Positions 17,573 to 33,280 of a DNA stretch of 64,000 nucleotides are shown here, one piece after another. A program made the translations under genes and the position numbers. The first letter of the stretch is position 1; every line of letters starts with the position of its first letter. The notes beneath the pieces are model-generated. The model was not told the origin of the DNA. It saw only the letters and a list, made by a program, of their open reading frames with translations, and did no database searches. This DNA comes from the human T2T-CHM13v2.0 reference genome, Homo sapiens: NCBI RefSeq assembly GCF_009914755.1, contig NC_060940.1. One strand, written 5' to 3'.

Positions 17573-17850
17573 AGTGTCTCACTCTGTCACCCAGGCTGGA
17601 GTGCAGTGATGCGATCTCAGCTCACTGCATCCTCCGCCTCCTGGGCTCAAGCAATTCTCCCACTTCAGCCTCTGAGTAGCTGGGACTACAGGCATGCACC
17701 ACCATAGCCAGCTAATTTTTGTATCTTTTTGTACAGACGGGGTTTTGCCATGTTGCCCAGGCTGGTTTCAAACTCCTGGGCTCAAGTGATCTACCCACCT
17801 AGGCCTCCTGAAGTGCTAGGATTACAGGCATGAGCCACTGCTCTTGGCAT
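17539..17850 (-). mobile_element. Alu (AluJ-like) inside a MIR-like element
   Basis: Antisense dimer. TSD tgtttccttagt. Flanks tgtgaccttggatgaattacttaacttctctg and aaaatgg...acctcatagag are MIR-like. Confidence 0.9.
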
Positions 17851-18509
17851 GTTTCCTTAGTTTTAAAATGGTAATAAGTAAACTCTTTACCTCATAGAGT
17901 TTTGTTGAATAAATAAAACGAGAGACCATGTATTGGCTCAATGTGCTTGATAAATACTCAGTAAATGTTAACTATCATTATCGTTTTTCTTAAATATAAT
18001 AATTATGGCACCTTACTTCATCAAAAGTTCTATTTTAACAGCGATAGTGCAGAAAGAATTAGGAGCTAGTCTATCTCCTACTCAGAAAAGTGAGATATTC
18101 GAATGCTAAGTATGCGCTTGTGTATATGTGTGTTTCACTGGCTCTGAGTTCATGGTTGTAAAACTGAGCATCACTGAGCAAACCCAGCATTTGATTACAC
18201 ATTCCTTTTGCTAAGAATTACTGGCTTTCCTAGAACAAGGTCATGTAACTAGCCTGGTGCTTTTTGGCCCTGGGCAGCTGCGAGTTCCTGAGGCAGAGGC
18301 ATAATAATCATTTGCAATTAAGGCTCTGTAAGTCACATTCCTTGAAATAATCGATTGCCTTGTTTCCTTTTGAATTAAGAAAGCTCAAGCTATGAGACAT
18401 ATGTTAAAAAAGACACACATTTACAGGAGGAAAAGTGGCTTTGAAGGAAGCAAGTAAATGGGTTCTTGAATTATTGTGGGGGGTCATTTTCCAATTCTTG
18501 TCATCGTAT

Positions 18510-19026
18510 TATGGCAGTGTTAGCTCTTGCTGTGTAACAAATTATCCTCAAACTTGGTTGCTGAGAACAACAAATATTTATGATTCCCCACAATTTCTGT
18601 GAATTAGGACTCTGAGGATGGCTTAGCCAGGGCATCAGGGTCTCTCATGAGGTTGCAGTCAAGCTGTTGGCCAGAGTTGCTGTCATCTGAAGGCTTGACT
18701 GGGGATGGAGGGTCCACTTGCAAGCTTCATCCTGTGGCTGTTGGCAGGAGGCTTCAGCTCGTTGCCACGTGGGCCTCTCCGTGGGGCTGCTCCCAACACA
18801 GTAGCTGACTTCCCAGGGTGCGTAACCCAGGAGCAGGAGAAGAGAGCGCACCCAAGATGGAAGCCACCATGTTTTTAACAACTTGGCCTTGGAGGTGACA
18901 CATGATTGCTTCTGCTATATTCTGTAGTCACAGTCAACCTTGGTTCAGTGTTGAGGGAAACACACAGTGGTGTGACTAGCAGGAGGCAGGGGTCACTGAG
19001 GCCACCTTGAAGGCTGCCTGCTACAC
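18510..19026 (-). mobile_element. MaLR solo LTR (MLT1F-like)
   Basis: ttgctgtgtaacaaattatcc...tcatgaggttgcagtcaagctgttggc...gtcatctgaaggcttgactgggg...ggctgcctgctaca. Confidence 0.7.
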
Positions 19027-19065
19027 TCATCAGGTATCTGCTTCCTCCTGGGGCAGATACTACTT

Positions 19066-19561
19066 GTATTAATGTTAGGGTCATCCAGAGAAACAGACCA
19101 ATAGGATGTATGTATATCTCTAGAAAGGGGTTTATCATAAGGTATTGGCTCATATAATTATGGGGGCCAAGAAGTCTCACAAGCTGCCCTCTGCAGGCTG
19201 GAGAGCCAGAAAAGCTCATGGTGTAGTTCAAAGGCCCAAGAGCCAGAGAACCTGTGGTGTAGGTTCCAGTCTGAGTCTGAAGGCATGAGAGCCAGGAGTG
19301 CCGAGGGCAGGGGAAGAGCCATGTCCCAGCTCAAGCATAGGCAGGGAGAGAACTCACCTTCTTTTTCTTCTACTCAGGCCCTGCTTGGAATGGATGATGC
19401 TTGCCCACATTGGTGAGGGCCATTTGTTTCACTCAGTCCACAAATTCACATGCTAATCTCTTCCAGAAACATCATCACAGGCACACTGAGAAATTGTGTT
19501 GATCTAGCTATCTGGGCATCCGGTGGCCCACACACATGGATATGCAAAATTAACCATCACA
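19066..19561 (-). mobile_element. ERVL solo LTR (MLT2-like)
   Basis: tgtatt...agggtcatccagagaaacagaccaatagga...aaaattaaccatcaca termini. Confidence 0.75.
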
Positions 19562-20046
19562 CTCCCCCAATTTTCCTTGGTGGATCTTTGCTCCTTCCTT
19601 TGTGTCCATGTGGTTTGATGGGGCTGTCCCTGCCCTCTGCCCCTACAGGGCTCCAGAGGATGGCAGCCCACCCAGGCCTGGACAGTTGGGTTGCTCCATC
19701 CATGAGGGCTTTACAGGAGGGCATGTGACCAGGATGGTCTGATAAGAGCCAGTTACTGCATTCTTGAGAGGATGGTGCCAGCCAGTTCTCTTTGCTATTT
19801 TGTTGGCAGCTATCTTTGCTATTTTGTGAGGAGATTCTAACCCCACGTGAGAACCATGTGGTGGAGAAATGGAGGGAGAGAGAAATCAACAGTTCCTGAT
19901 AGTCTCATTTGAGCTCCTGGATCCAGTCTTTCCTGAAGCTGTGTTTCCTCTGGACTTTTCATGTATGTGAGCCAATAAATTGCTTTCATTCCTTGAGCCA
20001 TTTGTGGTGGTTTTTCTCCATTATACTCATAAGAGTCCTGACTGAA
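19562..20046 (+). mobile_element. MaLR LTR fragment (MLT1J/K-like)
   Basis: gagctcctggatccag...cctgaagc...ggacttttca...tgtgagccaataaatt...aagagtcctgactga 3' end. Confidence 0.6.
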
Positions 20047-20220
20047 GAGGCCTCTTGTTTGGTTATTAGAGATTGGAGCACGTGTATTTTCTCTGCACCT
20101 AAGTAGACATGTCATCTCAACAATCAACCTGCCAGGTCCAGGAAGGGGCTTCTGGTTGGTTGAGAGTCACCAAGGTGGTGGAGAAAGTGTTCCTCGGGGG
20201 GAGCCCCTTGGACTGCTTCT

Positions 20221-20366
20221 CAGAGCACCGCTCCAGACTTCCCTTCGTGTATGTCACTGGGACCGGCCTCGCAGTTACTCTTCTGTCGTGACTCAGAGTG
20301 CCGCTGCAGACTTCGCTTCTTGTGTCTCACTGGGGCCAGCCTTGCGGTTACTCTCCTGTTGTGACT
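20221..20366. repeat. Old 73-bp tandem duplication (2 copies, 13 mismatches)
   Basis: Copies start at 20221 and 20294; aligned by eye without gaps. Confidence 0.85.
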
Positions 20367-20974
20367 TTTCCCTCCTTCTGTGCAGTTCTGCTGCACTCAC
20401 ATGAACATGTTGTCAGTGGTATGGCCGGGGCCATTCTCTTCATGCTTCTGAGCCTCTCTGGTTCTTTAACTATTTAGAAACTTAAAGTGGGGCTGGGGTG
20501 GCATGGAACACTCTCCCTCCTTCCTCCCGTGCAGTGGCATAAAGCACCCTGTTGATGCGTCACGGTCACTGCTGGCTTTGGAGGGCCGTGTCCGACCCTT
20601 ACCTAGGGAAGCAGCACAGCACAGTGATTCTGGTCTTGGCTCTGCCACTTGGTAACTTCTTAATTCTCAGTTTCCCCACTGATGCTAACATGCCTTTGAT
20701 GGCAGAAACCCACACCAAATTAGCTTGGGTCACCAGGGGATTTTTTTCTTGCAGTAGCTGGGAAATCCAAGGACAGGTCACTTTCTTCAAGCACTGTGGG
20801 ACCCAGGTCCCCCAATGACACCAGTGCACTCTCCATCTTCCCTTGGCGCCGCCCTCTGCGCACTGGTGTCATGCTTAGGAAGGCCCTCTGCATAGAGCAA
20901 AGATGGCCTCTGGTAGCACTGAGACTCGCACAGGATCCAAAGGGAAGAGACTCTTTCCTAATGTCTGTATATAA

Positions 20975-21298
<324 letters not shown>

Positions 21299-22337
21299 TA
21301 GGAAAGACTTTTTAGCGGGCATGTTATGGCTAAGAGTCAGCAGAGGGCCATGATTGACAGTCTTACCAGGTCCCCAAGGCAAGCAGCGGGCAGCAAAAGC
21401 ATGTCTCTTGCATTTTTTCCTAGGATTGTTGGGACGGTTACATCAGCTGAGGCTCCTAAGCACTCAGCATAGCTCCAGGCCCTCAGTAAGCGCTCAGTGA
21501 ATGTCACCTAATTTCTTCTTCTTGGCTGGTGTCTTGGCTGTAGGTGGCTGGGGATGCTGAGGCGAGGCCAGAATCTCTTGGGCCCTTTCCTTGTCCAAGC
21601 CTCCCCTGCAGTGAGCATCTTAGAGCCCTTGGCCCCTGGCCTTCACTTGACCTTCAGCTCCTCCTGGTGTTATTTTTCCAGCCCTGCCTGCCCAGTGTGT
21701 GTCCCTTTGTTTATTTGTCCCTGCTGGGCTGCTGAGCAGTGAGAACTTCCTTGACAGTGTTGTGCATGTGAGATTGAGAACTGTACTGTACATCCTGGAA
21801 TGGCCTTGGGAGCCCTGCTCAGATCATGCTGTCCTGCACCCCAGGCGACCTTTATTGGCTTTCTATGAAGGCTTTAAATCTCACACTCCACCCTGAGGGT
21901 CAGCCTCTGCCTTCCTTTGCTTTTAAATCATTGGAGAAATATGAAGACTATGTCCTTTGTAAAAAAGGACAGTACATTTCTTCAGTGTCCATTCAAAGGC
22001 ACTGATTATATTTTTATCACAAGAGTCAAATGGTGGGAATTGAGAAGGTCAGGCATACTGATTTGAATTATGGGGAATACTGGCTTGAATTCCAGCCCAG
22101 CTTGGGCTAGGGATGGCCTTTGGAATCAAGGGTGTGGGCCTTTTCATTGCTATCTCCCCAGTTCAGAACACCTGCTCTGGCGGGAAAAGCCAGTAGGCTT
22201 CATCCTGCTGCCAACTCTGGTAGTTGCTGCCTGGGATTCTGGCTGAGAAGGACTGGAGTGCTGTCAGGACTCAACAGAAAAGAGTGTTGTTATTGATTAG
22301 CAATGTCTGCCATGCCCATGGGAAGGGGATGTGGTAG

Positions 22338-22765
<428 letters not shown>

Positions 22766-23178
22766 TGTCACTGTTTTATGAAGCCCACATTATTATATTC
22801 TGCTTGGTAAAAGAAACATGCTTTGGAGGAATATCTTAAATTCATAATGTAAAATAAAACAAAACTTTGCTCTTAGGCTTAGTAGAGACCAGAAATAAGA
22901 CCCAGTTTTTGTTACATGTCTTTCAAAAATTAACATTTGCTTTGTTATCTGATTTAGGAAGCCTGTGTTTATGGATGAGAGGAGGGGAGGAAGAGAGGGG
23001 TTCTTTCACTAGAAGAAGAGTTGCTGTAGTGGACATGGTATTATCACTAGGCTGCTGGCAAAAGGCACCAGAGCTGCCTCTTGACTTTCTAGGTATGTAG
23101 GTGAGTAAACTTTTTTTGTTCAAGAGAGTTTGAGTGGGGCTTTCTGTTTCTGACTACAGGAATACAGAAGGCTTTGTT

Positions 23179-23476
23179 GGTCAGGCACGGTGGCTCACGC
23201 CTGTAATCCCAACACTTTGGGAGGCCGAGGTAGGTGGATCACTGAGGTCAGGAGTTAGAGGCCAGCCTGGACAACCTGGTGAAACCTTGTCTCTACCAAA
23301 AATACAAAAATTAGCTGGGTGTTGTGGTGTGTACCTGTAATCCCAGCTACTCCAGAAGAATAAGAGAATCACTTGGGCCCAGGAGGCAGAGGCTGCGGTG
23401 AGCTGAGATCGGCCACTGTACTCCAGAGCCTGGGCGATAGAGCGAGACTCTAAAAAAAAAAAAAAAAAAAAAAAAA
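23179..23476 (+). mobile_element. Alu
   Basis: Dimer with a long A tail. TSD core gaaggctttgt. Confidence 0.9.
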
Positions 23477-23958
23477 GGGAGGAAGGCTTTGTGCACCATC
23501 TCCTGCCTGATCGTGAGACCGATCAGGTCCCTCTGAGATACGCTTCATGGGAGTAGGTATTCCTGAATAGCGTTATTACTGACAGTCACAGTCCGGGTTG
23601 TCATCCACTCACTGCCTGTCTTCCCTTTTAGACTGTGCGATCCATGAGGGCAGTGCCCCGTCCTTGCACCTAGCACAGTGCCTGGCATTGCTCAGTCATA
23701 TTGGCTAAATGAGGGATTGAAGGGACCGTGGGGCCAGTGACTGTCACTTGGTATGAGTGTCACTGAGAAATGTCAATTCTTCCAGCACCTTAATTGTTCT
23801 CCTCCTGTTGGCATCTTCTCTTGGCACAAAGCAGCCAGTTAGGCTGGGCTTTAGACCTGTGGATGGTCGTTTGCCCCAAGATGTATTTTTAGTCATTTTC
23901 TGGGAATTGGGGCTTTCTGGAAGCCCCTCAGCCATTCATTGAAATCTTACCATATAGA

Positions 23959-24260
23959 GGCCAGGTGCAGTGGCTCACGCCTATAATCCCAGTCCTTTGG
24001 GAGGCCAAGGTGGGCAGATAGCTTGAGCCCAGGAGACCAGCCTGGGCAACACGGTGAGACCCTGTCTACACAAAAATTACAAAAATTAGCGGTGCGTGGT
24101 GGTGCATGCCTGTGGTCCCAGCTACTCAGGAGGCTGAGGTGGGAGAATCACCTGAGCCCAGGAGGTCAAGGCTGCAGTGAGCTGAGATTGTACCACTGTA
24201 CTCCAGCCTGGGAGACAGAGAGATACCCTGTCTCAAAAAAAAAAAAAAAAAAAAAAAAAA
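23959..24260 (+). mobile_element. Alu (AluJ-like)
   Basis: Dimer with A tail. TSD core aatcttacca. Confidence 0.9.
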
Positions 24261-24279
24261 GGAAAAGGAATCTTACCAC

Positions 24280-24770
24280 TTAGAGTCAGTAGTAGGTGAC
24301 AGAAACCCACCCTAAACTGCCTAAGAAAAAGAGCAGTTGATTCGCTCATGAAACTTAAACCTACAGGAGAAGAGCTAGCTTTTTGCTGGGCTGGATCAAA
24401 GCTCTCAGGGGGTATCACGCATATCATGCAGTCCCCATGACTTTCCATGTCTCCTCTCTCTTTCCCTCGGTCTTGGCTTCATTCTTAGGTAACTCTTCTC
24501 TTGTGGTGACAAGAGGGCCCCCAGGGGCCCCAGCCTAAATCCCATCAGTTTAACAATGCCAGTGGGAGGAGAAGACTTTTTTCCAGTAGCTCTGGAGAAG
24601 TCTTGGGATTCACTCTCTCATTTCCCGGGCCAGCTGTGTTACTTTTCCTGCCCAAGCCTGGGTCCCATTCCCCCTGGAGCTGGGGGTGGCTGGCTTTCCC
24701 TCACCTGAACTCCGTGGAGCAGGAACAAGGATGGAGGAGAGTTTGCTTAAAAGGAAAACCAGGATGTTCC
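24280..24770 (-). mobile_element. MaLR LTR fragment (MLT1K-like)
   Basis: gtgacagaaacccaccctaaactgcctaag...ggctggatc...tggcttcattcttagg. Confidence 0.5.
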
Positions 24771-25613
24771 TCCCATCAGATTGGGGGTGCATGCGGTGAG
24801 GTGCAGCCTGCAGATGTCCCTGACAGTGGGTTGCTTCCACAGAGGGCTTGTGACGCTTGGATTCTGTCCATTTTCCAGAGTGACACTACCGTGCTGTCAC
24901 TCTTGTGCCAGCTGTCTTGCGCACCCTGTCTTGGTGGGTGAAATCTGGGCTCAGCCATTCTAAGCGGTAGCCCGAAGGTCTCTGTGCTGTGTTCTCCATT
25001 GTGCTTTTCCTTGGCTAGATATTTCGGTCTGATATAATCTGACATTATTAGCAAACCGCTGGTCCAGCTACTTTGGCATATTTGGACTTGATCTTAGAAG
25101 ACTCAATATCTGTTTTAAATAAAAATATTTGGTAATGCCCCCTTCTGAAATGAAATTTATAGCGAATATAAACTACTTATACAAGTAATTTAAAAAATCA
25201 GTATAACACTCTAATATGAAAGAGAAATGAAAGGAATTTATAATACAAAATAGATTTCAGTACATATTGGTCTGGCGCAACTGTGCTAGAAAACATGCTG
25301 ACGCTAAGTGCTTGCACCTCCTTCTCATGGATGAGTTTTGATTTTAAGAAGTTAAGAAGATCAGAAGTCATTCTTTAGAAGGAGTCCAGAAAAAGAGCAG
25401 AGAGTGGGTGAACCGTAAAGTAAACCTGGCATAGTCAGTATATATGAAAGGCATTCCTTTCTAGGCTCAGATTATGAGTAAGGTTTCCGCCTACATGAAT
25501 GGCCACAGGACGATTGAAGTGTTGCAGGAAGTAGGCTGATCTTGGTTGTGTGGTACTGCCTTGGCCTTTCAGGACAGTTAGTATCCTCGGCTCTATGCTG
25601 TAAATGCTGGTAG

Positions 25614-26254
25614 TGCTAATGGAAAGGGGTCTTGATTCAGATCCCAAGAGAGGGTTGTTGGATCTTGTGCAAGAAAGAATTCAGGGCAAGTGCTTAAAGT
25701 GAAGGCAAGTTTATTAGAGAAAGTAAAGAAGCAAAAGAAGGGCTACTCCGCAGACAGAGCAGCGGCATGGGCCAACTGACTTAGAGTACTTATGGTTATT
25801 TCTTGATTATATGCTAAACAAAAGGCAGATTATTCATGAGTTTTCCAGGCTCGGGGCAGGATTTCCTGGAAGTGACGGTTCCTCCCACTTTTAGACCATG
25901 TAGGATAACTTACGGACATTGCCGTGGCATTTGTAAACTGTCATGGTGCTGGTGGGAATGTCCTTAGCATGCTTATGCATTCTAATTAGCACATAATGAG
26001 CAGTGAGGACGACCAGAGGTCACTTTTATCACCATCTTGGTTTTGCTGGGTTTTGGCTGGCTTCCTTACAGCATCCTGTTTTATCGTCATGGTCTTTGTG
26101 ACCTGTATCTAATGACACCAGTCCTCCTGACCTCCCATCTCATCCTGTGACTAGGAATGCTTCACTTCCTGGGAATGCAGCTCAGTGGGTCTCAGCCTCA
26201 TTTTAACCAGCTCCTATTCCAGATGGAGCTGTTATGGTTCAAACACCTCCAACA
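25614..26254 (-). mobile_element. ERV1 solo LTR, MER41B-type, full length (641 bp)
   Basis: Termini tgctaatggaaaggggtc...ggttcaaacacctccaaca; flanks gtag/atag (degenerate 4-bp TSD). Contains the segment bearing the tandem GAS positions that distinguishes MER41B from MER41A. Confidence 0.85.
25863..25871. promoter_or_regulatory. Intact GAS (STAT) motif TTCCTGGAA within the MER41B-type LTR
   Basis: Exact TTCNNNGAA. The neighbouring second site (25843-25851, TTCCAGGCT) is broken. Motif only; no binding evidence. Confidence 0.5.
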
Positions 26255-26815
26255 ATAGCACTCATCATCCTCGTGATGACCCAGACTGTCCCCACGGCCC
26301 CCAGTGAGAATCTCTGCTTTAGCTCTTTCCCAAGTGTTCTCTTTTTCAAGACCATTTACAAATGTATTGGAATTTTGTGTGCAAGGTCCCTTTCAGTTGC
26401 CCCGATCTTTTTGAGTCCTTGTCTAGAGACTGGATCCAGTCCACACTGAACCCACTGTTGAGCACCTGCTGCATATGTGACCCACTCTGGCTCTCCCACC
26501 TCTCGCCTCTCCTTGGGCATGAAGCTTGCTTCCCCAAGGTCGCTGGCTTTTTCCCTTGGCTGAGTCTCCTGAGCTGAGTGAGTTGTGCCCTTCGCCATTG
26601 TTAAGCACATGCTTGTCAGCAGCTGGCTGGTCTCATGATGTACCCCAGAGCAGCCAAGGAGCGTTGAGTGCATGGGGTGGGTGGGGCTGGTGTTGGGGGC
26701 TGGGGGTGAGTACAAGATACACATGTCAGTCAAGAGGGAATATGGCTTAGGAGGAGCTGTTTTCCTGCAGTTTGATGCTACTGATGAAATTCAGTCAAGA
26801 TGAACGATTGATATT

Positions 26816-27116
<301 letters not shown>

Positions 27117-27223
27117 GATATTGTTTATTTGTTGATTCACTCTTCAAACATTTACTGTTCCGTGTGAAGCTTAGTCAATCAGAGAGAAACACAATACAGC
27201 TGATTCTGTCCTGTGGGTGCTAG

Positions 27224-27552
<329 letters not shown>

Positions 27553-28069
27553 GGCCACAAGCAAAGATTTTAACCTTCAGTCTGACAGCTCCAGGAGTTC
27601 CATTTTCGTGGGGCTACTCTGAGCAGGAAGTGTCGTATGGGGCAGGTGTGGACTTGAGTCCTGCTTCTCAGGGTTAGGGCAAGGGTGAGACAAGTGAGGC
27701 ACCTACGCTGCTTAATTTAAGGCGGTGCTCGTCCTTAGTGTCATGCAAGGGCTTCCACCGCTCCTAGATGTGGGATCTGAGATGGCCATTTTACCTCTCA
27801 GGCTCCCTATCTAGAAAACCACGGTGGTAACAGACCCTCCCTTAGAGAGAGGATGAAGAGAGATTGCATGTCAAGGGTTAAGCACATTGAATACCCTGCG
27901 TAAGTACTGAGTAACAGACAGCCATGGTGATTACTGTTGGTTTCATGGAAGTAAATTATGCCTCCATTTCAAGCCTGCAAAAAGTCATTCTCTGCAGTTA
28001 ATCTAGCCTGCTGTTGCTCAGATGTAACTAGCTTCCTAATAAAGAATTCTCTGGGTTGAAGAGCGAAAT

Positions 28070-28402
28070 ATGTTGCTTAAACTTTGCTGAACATCATAGT
28101 CACCTGGGGAGCTTTTAAAATGGTTATGTCCAGGCTGCCCTCCAGACCAATTAAATCAGAATCTCTGGAGCTGAGGCCCAGACTCTCAGGTAATTCCAGT
28201 GTGCAGTCAAGGTTGACAACTGGTGGCTTAGAACAGAGTTTCTCAAACCTTAATGTACCCACGAAACACCCGGGGCTCAGGTTAGAGATTAAATTCTCAT
28301 TGAGCAGGTCTGGAGTGGGGCCTGCTATCCTGGAGTTCTAATAAGCTCCCAGGTGACACTGATGCTGCTGGTTCCTAGACCACACATTTTAAGTAGCAAG
28401 GA
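28070..28402. mobile_element. Two adjacent MER5-like hAT-Charlie MITEs
   Basis: tcacctggggagcttttaaaa...ccagaccaattaaatcagaatctctgg and aggtctggagtggggcctg...aagctcccaggtga...gatgctgctggt. Confidence 0.65.
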
Positions 28403-28628
28403 CTTAAGAGAGGATGCCAGCAATGATCTGAACGGATAAGCTCATTGAAAACCTTAGAAAGGCTGATTTTTAGCTCAGAACCAAGTTGGGAGCTAATTTT
28501 TTGTTGCTTGGCTGGTTTGAAAAATATAAAGAATAGTATGACCCACTGCAACAATTAGCACTACTAACATTTGTCATTTTTGTTTTAGATTTTATTTTTA
28601 AGTAAACCATAAACAACATGTAGGTTTG

Positions 28629-29276
<648 letters not shown>

Positions 29277-30516
29277 TCTTTGTGGGTTTTTAAGGATCTG
29301 CCTCTGAGCTTTCAACGTGCGCCCACTGTTCTGCAACTTGGTTTGCTCACCCAATGTAAAGCTGAATGGTTTCAGATTAAGATATACACAAGTGGGATTC
29401 TACCATGGAATTCTGCCATACCTGAGATTTCTTGAGGGAACTCTTGTTTTCATACTTAAAAAAAAAAAAAATTACCTTTAAATTGTGAAAGCAGCATAAC
29501 AACTCAAAATGGGGAAAAGAGTCCCAAATCCCATGACTGTAGCGTGATAATTATTTCCATTCTTAGTCCACTTAAGTATGTTTTTACATAGTTACACCAC
29601 TGTTTGTTGTGTACATGCAATTTACATTCTGTTTATTTTATTCTGTTGCTATGTAGATTTCAAATTATGTTTAAATACAAGATTTTTTTTCCCTGTTCAT
29701 AAATGTAATGTGTACGTTCGAATCCTTAAGGTTTTTCCCTTAAGTTAGGGTATTTTTCCCCCCTGCATATGAAAGTAATTTGCAAGTTAGAATTCTTAAG
29801 TCCGGGAATACCAGAAAAGTTTAAAGAGGAAAATCACCTGAACACAATTACCATCAATGAATTTATTATTTATGGGGCATTTTATTCCAGTTTATTTTTA
29901 TGCATATATGTATTTTATATAATTCAGGTCATTCTGAATCTATAAATTGAGGGTCTACTTTGAAAAGTTTTTTATTACAATAATACAGTAAACAACAGAC
30001 ATTGTCTCATGTTATTCAGTTCCATGGATGTCACTTGATGGCTTTGTGGAGTTCTGTGTTTGGATATGTCCTTGTTTCTCACATCATTTTTCTTAACCAT
30101 TTTTTTCCCTTGTAGGATTAGTATTTCTATGAACTTGTATTTTTATAAACCTATTCCGCCTTTTAAAAATCATTTCCTTCAGCTAGATTCCAAAAAGTGA
30201 AATTCCCATGTTAGAAGGTAAGCATGTTTGTAAAGGCTCTTGATCTTGTGTTACTAAAATCCTTTCCAAGAAAGCGGCCTCTCTTTTACCCCTACAGTGG
30301 TGAGTGAGAGAGCCTGACCAGCTGTGATTTGTAACGGCTGTGTAGCATTCCTTAGGGTACTTGGTGGTTTCCACCTCGATTTGCATTGCAGCTGCTTCCA
30401 GTGTGAGCTTATAGATAAAGGCTGCAGTGACTATCTCAGTATCTGTGTGTATTTCTCTGTCCGTTTCTTTCCTTAATGTGTATTTCCCCAAGTGGGATCT
30501 CAGGGCAAAGTATATG

Positions 30517-31052
<536 letters not shown>

Positions 31053-32926
31053 TAATGTTGAAATTTAAAATAATGGGAGCACCTTCTCAAACATGACCAA
31101 CAGTGGAAAGCCATATAAATTTCTTCATGAGCCTTTCAGAATTTTGTAACCAGTATAGGTTTCCTAGATAGTTTTTTAAAATATAAAATGGTAGACACAG
31201 CATAATGGGAGAGGAACAGAAGCTTGGTGGCATCTCAGAGCAATCACGTACAAGGGAGAAAGCCATGTGCTTGTTTATTTTCTCTAATGCTTCTAGAATC
31301 CAATCAAAGACTCAGGTTTTGTTGACGAACTCAACTTTTTAGGGAGCAAGCAGCAAGGTATATTTGCATGAACATCTGTGTTTTGAAGCGCGTGCCCGCG
31401 TTGAATGGTTGAGCGTCAGAGTCATTAGTACCCAATGCCAGATGTTCCCTGAAAAATCTGCACCAAACACAGACTTGGGCAGTTCATCAAGATGTGAAAA
31501 ACATGCAGCTGTTAAGGGAAAAGGGAGAAGGTTGTGTCTGAAATGTTGCTCCAGCCCATCGCTTTCCCCCATCAAAGGACAGAAGCAGGAGGAAATAAAA
31601 AAAAATTACCAAAACCCATAAATATGACAGAACTCTTATGAAAAGGTTACGGTAATTATTCACCGGGGAGGGAAATGCTTTTCCCATTCATTAATGCTTC
31701 ATTTCTTGTCTTTTCTAATGAGAAGTAGGTAGAGGTGTCTAGAGAGAAAGAAAAATAGCAGAATGGTTTTGAGGGATACCAAAAGAGCCCAGGAAAGGTG
31801 AACAATGGGAAGAGAGGTGTGGCCACTAAGTAAATGCTAGTGTTTGAGTTACTTCCGAGAAATGGTTGGAATGAAACAGCTGGATGTAGCCGATCCAAGG
31901 AGCCGCAGCCCGTGGCTCAGTCTAACCCCCTTGACTTTCCCTCTTTGCCTCCGGAGAGGCAGAATTTGCAGCCTGATTATTCGTAGAAATAATTTTTCAA
32001 ATCTTGCCTTTCCGGTACGGTTCACAAGGTGGCAATTTCCATGTCACTGAACATGAAGCCTGGGTCTTAAATATAGCCAGGATGTGAATGCCCTGCAGGC
32101 GGTGACAGTGGCAATGTGACATCACTGCCAAGCAACTTCTTTTTATTTTGGAGCCTGGGAGGGGAACAACAGGAAGCTGGGCAGAGGGGAGATATTCTTG
32201 GCAGCAGCAGCAGCGATGCAGTTTAAAGAGAGACAACTGTCAAGGCTAGTGACTGAGCAAACCAGAGTTCGCTGAATTCGTACTGGTGCCAAACATAGCC
32301 GAAGCAAAGATGTGTGAGACTCGTACCTGCTGCTGCTCAGCTCCAGCCACCAAGTAGCCATCATGAAAATGTTTTATTTTAAGCAGAAGAACTTTCCTTC
32401 AAATGCATTCTTACTTGGAAGCTCTCTGAGACCCGAGAGAGCTCCCTGAGAGCTGAGCCACACAGGTTAAAGTGGAGAGGTGGGGTCCTGGAATGCCACC
32501 CATGGAGCTACAAAATGCCCTTTGTTATCCATGTTGAAAAGGCCACTTAAAAATGGCGACCTAGCGTGGGATAGGCTTGCCTTTGAGCACATTCCCTCTT
32601 GTTTCTGGTAATGTGAGCTAAGGAGCTGTTAGGGCTGAACTAAATCCACAGATGGTCTCTGCCTCTCTTTCTGTATCTGGCAAGGCTCTTTCCCAAGTTT
32701 GTTAGGGAGTGACGTTAGCTACATCTTAGTAGATCTTGTTTTTCTTGTTTTTCACTCATTTGTACCTCAGATTTTCTTGTCCAATCTCCCCCTCCCCTGC
32801 ATGATTAGTCCCTCTTATTTTGCTTAACTTTTTCTTATTTCCATAGCATTTCTTGTTTTCTAATACATCACTTCTTAGATTCATGATTTATCACTGCCTT
32901 TTGGTCTTAAGTTTTAAGCCTCATGA

Positions 32927-33280
<354 letters not shown>

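Noticed and set aside
19789-19828. Short duplications (tctttgctattttgt x2 here; similar ones near 47879 and 63218)
   Set aside because: Ordinary short slippage products with no additional signal.
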